Shown piece by piece: positions 12,201 through 24,200 of a stretch of 64,000 nt of DNA. The stretch comes from Macrostomum hystrix. Taxonomy: Eukaryota; Animalia; Platyhelminthes. How positions within the stretch are numbered: position 1 is the first letter of the stretch; each line of letters begins with the position of its first letter. A program made the position numbers and the translations under genes. The DNA lies in NCBI GenBank assembly GCA_950097015.1, contig CATNEN010000038.1:24676001-24740000 (forward strand), read 5' to 3'. The notes beneath the pieces are model-generated. The model searched no databases, was not told where the DNA came from, and saw only the letters and a list, made by a program, of their open reading frames with translations.

Positions 12201-15200
12201 CCTCGTTATTTTTCTAAACCTTGTCGCTCCATTGATTTCTATCCCATTGATACCTACTTCATACCTTTCTTTTCTAACCCTCAGACAACCATCTCACGCC
12301 ATTTTCCGACCCTTCGACATCCACCTCACGCCGTTTCATTTCTATCCCGTTGACACCCACCACACACCCTTTCTTTTCTAACCCTCAGACAACCATCTCA
12401 CGCTATTTTTTCTAACCCTCAGACAACCATCTCACGCCATTTTCCGACCCTTCGACATCCACCTCACGCCTTTTCATTTCTATCCCATTGACACGCACCT
12501 CACACCCTTTCTTTTCTAACCCTCAGACAACCATCTCACGCTATTTTTTCTAACCCTCAGACAACCATCTCACGCCATTTTCCGACCCTTCGACATCCAC
12601 CTCACGCCTTTTCATTTCTATCCCATTGACACGCACCTCACACCCTTTCTTTTCTAACCCTCAGACAACCACCACACGCCATTTTTCTAACCTTTTGACA
12701 ACCACCTCACTCCCTGAGCAGTCTAATTCAATAAGTTATAGAAGTCAGTTTGTAATCTTGTCAATATAATTGTTCAAAAATATTCATCCATCGCAGGTAT
12801 GCGAATCCTCGTGATGCTCCTACTCGACACTCTGCCCATGCTGGGAAATGTGCTCTTGCTCTGCTTTTTTGTCTTCTTCATCTTCGGCATAATAGGTGTG
12901 CAACTGTGGAAAGGTGTGCTACGCAATCGCTGCTACCTGGGCATTAACGACACCATTTCTCATCCAGGGTAAGTCAGAGTCGATAAAGGAGAAACTATGA
13001 AACTTGCCTGCATTTTTCAGAACGCCTGCAAATGTTTGGAAATAGATCAGAATGCTTGGAAATAAATCAGAATGTTTGGAAATAGATCAGAATGTTTGGA
13101 AATAGATCAGAATGTTCGGAAATAGATCAGAATGTTTGAAAATAAATCAGAATGTTTGAAAATAAATCAGAATGTTTGGAAATAAATAAGAATGTTTGGA
13201 AATAAATCAGAATGTTTGGAAATAAATCAGAATGTTTAGAAATAAAAATAAATCAGAATGTTCGGAAATAGATCAGAATGTTTGAAAATAAATCAGAATG
13301 TTTGGAAATAGATCAGAATGTTCGGAAATAGATCAGAATGTTTGAAAATAAATCAGAATGTTTGGAAATAGATCAGAATGTTCGGAAATAGATCAGAATG
13401 TTTGAAAATAAATCAGAATGTTTGGAAATAGATCAGAATGTTCGGAAATAAATCAGAATGTTTGGAAACAAACTAGGAATATTTGGAAATTGGTTAGAAT
13501 ATTGGGAAGTTCTGAAGTAGATTAGGAAAATTGTGAAAAAAAGCCAACTATAACAAAAATGGCAAAAGAATTTACCCCTCAGAAATGATATGAAGTCGGC
13601 GCAGTTATCAAACAACAAATTTTGACCTTCAAACGTGCAAACTGCACATAACATTCCTAAAGAGACAGAAACAGAAGGGAAGGACACAGAGAGAATGACA
13701 TAAAGTGGTTAGCTGTCCCTGCAATCGGTCTGGTTCTATTTTTTACAGTAACGTGGGTTAACTGGTTGGTGTACTTATAAACAGGAATGTTAACCGATTG
13801 TCTTACAGTGTGTAAAATACCATATTGGCGTGTGTGTTGCGTTTCCGGTAGAGAAAAAAGTCAAGCGGACCGACATGAACTTTTAAATAGGATTGTTCTC
13901 ATAAGACTTACCTGTTAGACAGGAGAACTTACCTGTTAGACAGGAGAACTTACCTGTTAGACAGGAGAACTTACCTGTTAGACAGGAGAACTTACCTGTT
14001 AGACAGGAGAACTTACCTGTTAGACAGGAGAACTTACCTGTTAGACAGGAGAACTTACCTGTTAGACAGGAGAACTTACCTGTTAGACAGGAGAACTTAC
14101 CTGTTAGACAGGAGAACTTACCTGTTAGACAGGAGAACTTACCTATTAGACAGGAGAACTTACCTGTTAGACAGGAGAACTTACCTGTTAGACAGGAGAA
14201 CTTACCTGTTAGACAGGAGAACTTACCTGTTAGACAGGAGAACTTACCTGTTAGACAGGAGAACTTACCTGTTAGACAGGAGAACTTACCTGTTAGACAG
14301 GAGAACTTACCTATTAGACAGGAGAACTTACCTATTAGACACGAGAACTTACCTGTTAGACAGGAGAACTTACCTATTAGACACGAGAACTTACCTGTTA
14401 GACAGGAGAACTTAACTGTTAGACACGAGAACTTACCTGTTAGACAGGAGAACTTACCTGTTAGACAGGAGAACTTAACTGTTAGACATAAGAACTTACC
14501 TGTTAGACGAAAATGTACTTTGTTAGATTGGAAAGTTTATGCGTTATTTCATGATTACTTACAGTTTCAACTAAACTCATTGCAGAGTGAACCTGACAGA
14601 TTACTACCAGCTTAACAGCAGTTCAGATAATTTTATAGCAACCAAGGACTTCATCTGCGCCCAGAAAGACTCAGGCGGTATTCAAACATGCGACCAGATC
14701 AACCCGACTGTGATGTGGCTGGCAACCGATTCCTACATAACTTGCAATCGATCGGCCGACTTGCTCGGTGATAATCAGGCAACAAATGACAGCTGTGTGA
14801 ACTGGAATCAGTACTACTCAGTGTGCAATGCCAGCGTCAGCAATCCCTATATGGGATCTATCAACTTTGACAACATTGGCTTCGCCTGGGTGGCCATATT
14901 TCAGGTGGGTCTCGACGTTATTTTTGGATTGCTAATCTATTCCATTGCTTGATGAGTGGCAGAGCGAGGTCCCTGAGTTCGATTCCGCGGCGAGGCCACA
15001 TTTATTTAGAGGCGCAGCCGCGGAGAGAAGGCTTATGGGCTTGTCGTTCAATTTACGCCCTTGATGGCCAACCTCCAAGGCCCAGTGAGAGTGTACACTG
15101 CCTGACGATGAGAAGTCAGGGCAGATGTCCACACCTGTGTGAGCGTGTTCTCATGGGAAATAAGCAGAATTGCCTCCTCACTGGCTGTGGGTCTAGTGTC

Positions 15201-18200
15201 ACCAAAGGGTCCATTGCCTGCAGACATCCTGCAATTATTTTTTTTATATTGCTAGTCTACGCCAGAGGATGAATGAGCATTAAAAATGCACTATTAAAAT
15301 TAGGGCTTAACCTTATCGCGATGAATACAAGTAAGAAATCGATCAAAGGCGCCTCGACCAATATTTTTATAGAAAAAATCCGACAACTGAAATGGTAAAT
15401 TCACTGCACGAGATCTGAAGTTAGCGCGGCGGAAAGAGAACGAAAAAGCGTGTCACGGAGGAAATGAAGAAATATTCAGGACAGCCAGATGAGAGATGAG
15501 ACAACTAGGCAGACTATTCTATAAATTATTAATTCACTCAGTGCGCGTAAGAGCGGCTGGCTCGGCGTTGATCTGCGAGATCGGAGCCATGGCGGGCGAA
15601 GACAAGCTGCGCGAGTTCTAAGTGCGAGATATAATACTGAGAGGGCGATGAAAAATCTACCCGATCAATTATTCATCCATCACCTGACGAGCCGGGGAGC
15701 GGGGGAGAAGAGATGGTCAAGAAGAGACGGCGAGAAACTGGGGGGAGGAGAGAATAGTGGGATAACAGGATGGGATCAAGTGGTATCTGAGGCCACTCTA
15801 GCGATCTGAGTACGCTCGTACACATTTAGATAAAAACTATTTTCGAGACGAAATGGGACAGATATTTTCATTGATTAAACTCGAGAGCAATGTTGTTTTT
15901 CGGTTCTTACAATTAATCTACTTTTTTAGGTCTGAAAAGTGCATGTACTAACGCGTTTGCCCTAAACTGATTCTATTGACTATGCAGAAGTTATTGTAAA
16001 TGTCTAGAGTGAATCCGGCCTACCTCACGCCTGCCTTACCACGTGCTCTAAGGCACCCACCTCACGCCCCGTCGCTCCATTGAAACATAGACACCCACTC
16101 ACGCCCCGGCTCCAATAATCAGAGACATCCACCTCACGCCCCGCCGCTTCTTGTGAACATAGACACCCACCTCACGCCCCGCCGCTTCTCTTGAACACAG
16201 GCAACCACCTCACGCCCCGTCGCTTCTTTTCAACATAGACACCCACCTCACGCCCTGCCGTTTCTCTTCAACATAGACACCCACCTCACGCCCCGCCGCT
16301 TCTTTTCAACATAGACAAACACTTCACGCCCCGCCGCTCCTATTCAACATAGACACCCACCTCACGACACTACACCTAATTGCAGGTAATCAGCCTGGAA
16401 AGTTGGGTGGACATCATGTACTATATTCAGGATGCGCACTCATTTTGGGCCTGGATCTACTTTGTCTCCTTGATTGTGGTGAGTAATCGCAGTCACATAT
16501 TTAAAGAGATCATTTTGATACAATTTTATTTGTTGTTAAATCTAGATCGATAATCATTTTTGTTTACGATGTAAATTTAGTAAATACGGTCGAGTAAATA
16601 GAATAGTAGCTCGTTCTTTCCATAGAAAAACATATAAATTATACTCTAGGGACACAGAAGAAATGGAATTTTATTAAATGTCACACAGCATAGTAAAAAA
16701 ACTAGCCACAAGCAACCAAAACAGCGACCCCAGCTTGCTAGGTCTTATCTAGTTTCTGTAGGACAATTTACAAAACAGACTATAGTAACAGACAGGGCAT
16801 TTGTAGGCATTCAGTTAACAGAGGCTTATCATAGCTTAGCCATCCCATCTGGCAGGCACACTAAATCCGTTAGGAATGCTGGCACATATTTATAATTTTC
16901 CCATCGCACAGCTCTCATAGCTCAGTGTCGATTCGCGTTAATACAAGCATAAGCCTTTGCCAGCCCCCCCTGTTTTGCTCTAACTCTGCTCGGAATCAAT
17001 TTCGACCCTAGAATAGTAAGAATACTCGTGTTTAGTGCCACGTCAATTTAGTATCCGATCGATAAATGGATATCAGCGACATCAGTTGAATCAGCTGCTG
17101 CTTCAGGCCCCGAAATCGCTGCATGCGCGGTGTAAAGTTGCAAAACTGACTGAAACTAAGACTCGATTCTATCGATTTTATTCGAATTTTCGAATTAGAT
17201 AAACACATAAGATAAAGGCGTTATTAGACAGTTCGTGATTGTTGTTAGTTTCATTTTAAATTAAAACAATAATTTTCTCAAATTGTCTAAAACATAACCT
17301 CACTTCACTCGTGAACAATACGCTTCAGTTATATCTATATTCTATTCCCTCATATCTAGTTTCCATTCTCTCATATCTATCTACCATTCTCTCACATCTG
17401 TCTTCCATTCTCTCAGATCTATCTTCCATTCCCTCAGATCTATCTATCATTCCATCAGATCCATCTTCCATTCCCTCAGATCTGTCTACCATTCCATCAG
17501 ATCTATCTACCATTCCCTCAGATCTATCTACCATTCCATCATATCTATCTTCCATTCCCTCAGATCTATCTTCCATTCCCTCAGATCTATCTATCATTCC
17601 ATCATATCTATCTTCCATTCCCTCAGATCTATCTTCCATTCCCTCAGATCTATCTATCATTCCATCATATCTATCTTCCATTCCCTCAGATCTATCTTCC
17701 ATTCCATCATATCTATCTTCCATTCCCTCAGATCTATCTATCATTCCATCATATCTAGTTTCCATTCCCTCAGATCTATCTACCATTCCATCATATCTAT
17801 CTTCCATTCCCTCAGATCCATCTTCCATTCCCTCAGATCCATCTTCCATTCCCTCAGATCCATCTTCCATTCCCTCAGATCTATCTGCAGTTCTCTCAGA
17901 TCTATCTTGAACTTTTCACATCTAGTTGATCTATATGCCTCTCATATCTAATTAAAAATTTTCTGGCATTAAATTCTCAACATAGATCGGCTCATTCTTC
18001 ATGATCAACCTATGCCTGGTTGTCATAGCAACGCAATTCTCTGAAACCAAGAAACGCGAAGTAGAAAAGATGCTGCAGGAACGAAAGCGTTGCAAATCCA
18101 CTTCGAGTTTGACCAGCGCAGGTGATCCCGGCTCCTGCTACGGGCAGATTGTGAAGCTGCTCATCAGACAGGTGACAATACTGAGTTGGTCTTTGTGTTT

Positions 18201-21200
18201 CTACTGCTTTCGCAAGTTCTAAACACAAATCTTTTTCAATCATCGATCTCGCAGGCCCGAAGACTGCAGCGCAGTTTTTGTCGTCGCTATCAAGAGCTGC
18301 AGCGTCAGCGAGGCATTGTGGCCACGGCGTCAGTTTTGGAGGCTGGACAGTCGGCAGGGCGAGGGTTTGCGCCCCACGCGACGCCGCCTGAAGCGCGTCG
18401 CTTTAGCTGCAACTGCGGACACCAGCGAGGCGGCTTCGCACTGGCTGACGCTTCAATGGGACCGCGGCAGTGGCGCCTGCCGCCTCGAGCTAGTCCGGAA
18501 ATCTCCGATCTAGTCGACGAAGACTCAAGCGCATTTTCAGCCTCCGCAGCGGTGGAAAACAGGCGGGTATCGCTGCAGCCGCCCCCGATGCCGCTGCTGC
18601 TGCATCATCAGCCGCGTCAGCAACAACGATTTACAGGCGTCAACAATGACGATTCGGCCTCCAGACGATCGTCCTGTCACAGTTGCCGATGCCAGCGCGA
18701 GGAATCGGCCGCTTCGAGCATCAACTGCCGCTCCCTGCTGGCTGGCTACCAAGAGAACGAGCTGTTTCCCGGCTGGCGGTTGGCGCATTGGTCGTCTATC
18801 TCTTCCTCCATTGCGGTCAGGGAGATGACAGGTGAGTTGGATTCTGAGAATCAGTTTAGCTGGCTTTTCGTTTTTGCGTTTCGTTGTCACAAAGCTAGTG
18901 AAAATGCGTCACACAGCCAGGGAGCCTGTAGCACAAAACCTGCTGGGTCGACTGTCTCGATCACCGCTGGGTCAGCCGAGATCAAGCGGCAACTTGTTCT
19001 CAAGTGCGTTCAATCAGTTACTGTTCTGTTTAACAGGTAGATTAATTGCAAAAGAGACTATCTGAGAACCAAGTTCTAACGTGTGACAGTAAAACAAACT
19101 GAATTTTGAAACAAATAACATAAATAAAGCCGAACTGATTCAATCCATTACAAAACAGCAATTTGGCGAAAATTTCGCTGTCTCATCAAACAGCTGATCG
19201 ATCATCGGTATTTTCAACGCGGCATCCTAGTTGCGATCCTATTCAACACAATGAGTATGGGCATTGAATTTCACAACCAGGTGAGCGGGTCAGGTGGGGC
19301 AATATTGCGATAGGCTCAGAGTGTACATTCAAGCCCACCACTTCACTCCAACCAGAGTGTACATTTAAGCCCACCACCTCACTCCAACCAGAGTGTACAT
19401 TTAAGCCCACCACCTCACTCGATCCAATCAGAGTGTACATTTAAGCCCACCACCTCACTTCACTCAGAGTGTACATTCAAGCCCACCAACTCACTCCACT
19501 TAAAGTCTAAAACAATATTCATTATGCACTACAAATCGATTATCTACAACACGGAATAGCCATTGTCTCACAGAATATTTCACTCCCTAACAGGATATTT
19601 CATTGTCTAACAGAATTTCTGACTGTCTAATACGATTCTTGATTGTCTAACTGGATGAAAATTTCTACTATGACACCTTTCAGCCTGATATTTTGACCGA
19701 TATAATCGAATACAGCAACATGATCTTCTGCGGCATATTTGCTCTGGAGATGCTGCTCAAACTACTGGGCGATGGCCTCATTAACTATGTCAGCAGTGGA
19801 TTCAATGTGTTCGACGCCTCCATTGTTATTTTGAGGTTTGCTCCTATTGGACCTCTTTGATTTTTTACAGAAAGTTAATTTCTTTGCAAAATTTTATAGT
19901 TCCGATCAATCTTGAATGAAGTGTTCAGCAAAAAAATATATTACCTTACTCCACTCAGAGTGTCAAATAAAACTCACCAACTCACTCCAATGAGAGTGTA
20001 CATTCAAGCCCACCACCTCACTCCACTCAGAGTGTCAATTCAAACTCACTAACTCACTCCACTGAGAGTGTACATTCAAGCCCACCACCTCACTCCACTC
20101 AGAGTGTCAATTCAAACTCACTAACTCACTCCACTGAGAGTGTAAATTCAAGCCCACCACCTCACTCCACTGAGAGTGTACATTCAAGCCCAACACCTCA
20201 CTCCACTGAGAGTGTACATTCAAGCCCGACACCTCACTCCACTGAGAGTGTAAATTCAAGCCCACCACCTCACTCCACTCAGAGTGTACATTCAAGCCCA
20301 CCACCTCACTCCAAGCAGAGTGTACATTCAAGCCCACCACCTCATTCTACTGAGAGTGTACATTCACGTTCACCACCTAAAAAACGATCCGCAGCGGATT
20401 CGAGCTGCTCCAAGGCCACGGCAGCGGTCTCTCGGTGCTCCGCACCTTCCGTCTGCTTCGCATTCTAAAATTAGTGAGATTCCTGCCTGCACTGAGGCAG
20501 CAACTATTTGTCATGCTAAAGACCATGGACAATGTGGCCACCTTCTTTGCTTTGCTAGTGCTCTTCATCTTCATATTCAGGTGAGTCTTGTTCTGGTTCG
20601 TGTAGTTTTCTAACAATAGATTGCTCAATAATTGTTTTTTTACCGATTTTGTCATTGAAATCCGTTAATTTTTACGCAATCGGTCAAACTACCAACAAGA
20701 GCTACAAATTATAACATTACCGCCATTTTCTGTTATCAGATAGATTATCTGAGTCGATTCTCGCACACTGATCCCTGTTCTATACTCATCATATTCTACA
20801 GCCAAAGATTGATCTAAGATTGTGCCTGCGAGTTCTGTGTGAGGGCGAAACAGTTTTGCAATTTTGTAGAACTAATACAACGCATTACCCTAATAATTCT
20901 AGCCAGCGAAAAGCAGCATTTCGCTGACCCTTATTTTGCTTATTTTGCTAACGACAAATTTTTCTGCGTTAAAGAATACTACGAGTAGAACATTTTCTTT
21001 CCTGAATTTTTAATCAAACACGCGCAAAGTTTGCGGGAGCGAAACAGTTCTAGCTGATTTAGCGAAGAGTTCGCTTTGTGAATATGATACGGTATCAAGA
21101 TTATCGTTACAGTAGACCCGCAGTCATTGGGGAGGCAATTCTGCCCATTCCGCTGACTCCTGAGCACACACGCATACGATACTGTACAGGTATGTACATC

Positions 21201-24200
21201 TGCCACTGACTTTCTCATCGTCAGGCGGTGTACACTCTCTCTGTGCCTTGGAGGTTGGCCCTCAAGGGCATAAATTGCCACGGCTGCGCCCCAAACGAAT
21301 GTGACCTCGCCGCGGAATCGAGCTCAGGGACCTTGGTGCGAGAGGCTAACGCGTTAGACCTCTCTGCCACTCACCCCTTGAAAGGGGTTGTAGACTAGTG
21401 CTAAGAGAGCCGGACTCACGACTAGAAGGTTTGGGGTTCGATTCCCGACTCCTCTGTGTCAAGGCACCTAACTCTGCATTGCTACAGTTCATCCAGCTGT
21501 TAAATGGGTTCCAGCATCAGTTGGGGGTGGGTGTGGTGTCCCCAGTCCATGGACTGAACACCTACGCAGCCATGTGGTGTAATAGATAGTTATTTATCGA
21601 ATATGATTGAGCCCATAGAGATTTGTTGTACTGTAACTCACTGGTTAACTTTCAGCATATTGGGCATGAGCCTCTTTGGCTGCCGCTTCTGCGGCATATC
21701 GCCTCGCGGCAATCACCGTTGTGCCAGACAAAATTTTGACTCCCTGCTGTGGGCTACGGTAACCGTGTTTCAGGTATCAAAGATCCGACAGACGCGGGGA
21801 CGCATGTTTGGGGACTTCTAAAGCTAGTAACTATTTGAAAATTAATTTTCAGGCTAATAATAACACTTTGACAACAATTCGTGATAATCACTGGAAGTAG
21901 CACGAGAAAACCAAGTGCTAGCTTTAGAAGTCCTGCATGCCTAAAGCGACAAAATACGAAAAGTAGCAAATCTCTGCATTCTGTCTCATTCTCTCTCACT
22001 TTTCACTGCATTAATCGTTTGACTGTATAACTTTTTAAAAGCCTGTTCGTTACTATACGCTTCCAGTTTAGTGCACCCAACCTTCAATTTCCCCTCCCCC
22101 CGGCAAAGTTCTCCGTGGTACTGAATGCTAGGTTTATAATTGATAGTGAGCAAGAAATTTTAGTGCTTTGCCCCAAGTGATTCAAAGATATGTGCTGTTA
22201 GATATGGTTTTCAGATGTTAGATATGGTGTTCACCTGTTAGATATGGTGTTCACCTGCTAGATATGGTGTTCACCTGTTAGATATGGTATTCACCTGTTA
22301 GATTTGGTGTTCACCTGTTAGATTTGGTGTTCACCTGTTAGATTTGGTGTTCACCTGTTAGATATGGTGTTCACCTGTTAGATATGGTGTTCACCTTTTA
22401 GATATGGTGTTCACCTGTTAGATTTGGTGTTCACCTGTTAGATATGGTGTTCACCTGTTAGATATGGTGTTCACCTGTTAGATTTGGTGTTCACCTGTTA
22501 GATATGGTGTTCACCTGTTAGATATGGTGTTCACCTGTTAGATATGGTGTTCACCTGTTAGATATGGTGTTCACCTGTTAGATATGGTGTTCACCTGTTA
22601 GATATGGTGTTCACCTGTTAGACTTGAGTGTTCACCTGCTAGATATGGTGTTCACCGGTTAGATATAGTGTTCAGCTGTTATGTCGGTGAAACAACTGTG
22701 AAACGATTTCACCAGGTGAAGCGGGTGTCACATGTTATGTTAAATGCGGGAAGTCAGTTCCAGGCATCACTTCTAGCAGTTATAACTTTTATGCGTCTGA
22801 CAAACTCTGAACACTTTCTGTCTCTGTACACGACTATAGCTTTCTAATCTGCAGCTAGTCTGTTGTCTCTGGCTTTTCTCAATATTCAATAAAATTTATC
22901 AGGTCTCTCTTCTTAAGAAGTTATAAAAAAATTTATCGGATTTTTCTGAAATGTTCGCGTTATGTTACTTGTCAGTAGCTTTGCTAGCTCGCCGCAATTC
23001 TGTAGTACCCTAGCTTGTGTGTTCGTTAGTGCACAACTATGCACATTTGGTGCGATTCAAGTGATCCAGGACATTGTTTATGATACAAAAATAATCAAGT
23101 GCTATCAGCTTTTGACGCAAAATGCCATCGAGCCTACTAATGAATAGCAAATTTAAATCGTTGCAATTGGTAATTCGTTAACTATTTTTACCGGATTAAA
23201 AAACATTTGAAATCCCGCCAAAAACTATCCCGCGCCGCACAAGTACTTAGCAGGAATTATCCTCGTCTAGTCCATTGTTGTAAATTGTAGATTTTTTAAA
23301 TAACGCACTTAAAAACTACGCAAAGAGTTAAACAAAATTATTTCTCCCACTAATTCAAAATATTTTCCTCTCCGCTCGTCTGCGAATTTCCTGAAAAAAA
23401 CTGCGACAAAAAACCAACCACTTGCCCTAATAATGTCCACGATCGGGAACTCACACAACCCCTGTGCAGCGTCCTTGGCATGACACTATTCGGTGGCAAG
23501 TTCTGCTGGCTGCCTGACGGTACAACTTGCACCTGCGCCGAGCGAGCCATGCCAGACATGTGCACCTGCGACAGGGCCAACTTCGACAGCATCATGTGGT
23601 CACTGGTTACCGTGTTTCAGGTAGAACCCTTAACCGGTGACGGTCCCTCCAGTCCATGGACTGAACAGTCGCTGTACGAGTACACAGCATTTAGAAAAGC
23701 CAAGCAAAGGCGGAGGCTGTGCCACTGCATATGAATTAAGCCCAACAGCGGTTAGGTGCTGCGTCTATTAAATTTTATATCTTTTAGAGTTAAAAATGAT
23801 TTAACGAAAATCGCTCATTAACGAAAACGGGTCTTATCAGTGAAGTTTGTCGCTATCTATAAACATGACAAACACAGATAGCGATGTGGCAATAAACTTT
23901 TTATTTTCCACAATTTTTTAAGCTTTAAAGGCACAGGTCGAGCTTGTGCATTTGTTTCCTCATTTGCACCTGAACCTTGCTTAGTTTTCTCTGCTTACGC
24001 TGCTTATTTTGCATCCTCTGTATTTTCCCGTAGCAACTAATTTTGTCTGCCTCACTGATCTACCAGATTAGCTTTTAGTGCTTGCACTTTATAATTTACT
24101 ATTATTGATTGGTTAATATTATCGGCAAAACGTTGTCAGTAGCTTAATTGACAAATCGAATGCTTTAGGTTTTTACATGCTTTTGATGAGCAATTTTGGA

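Noticed and set aside
15095-15125. CTGACGA-TGA-GAAA in SINE A resembling a hammerhead core
   Set aside because: No room for stem II and no matching stem III/NUH; better explained as a simple CTGCC-TGAC/GTCA-GGGCAG hairpin.
21384-21460. Possible tRNA gene
   Set aside because: A/B boxes are present but the cloverleaf is degenerate and continues into a SINE body.
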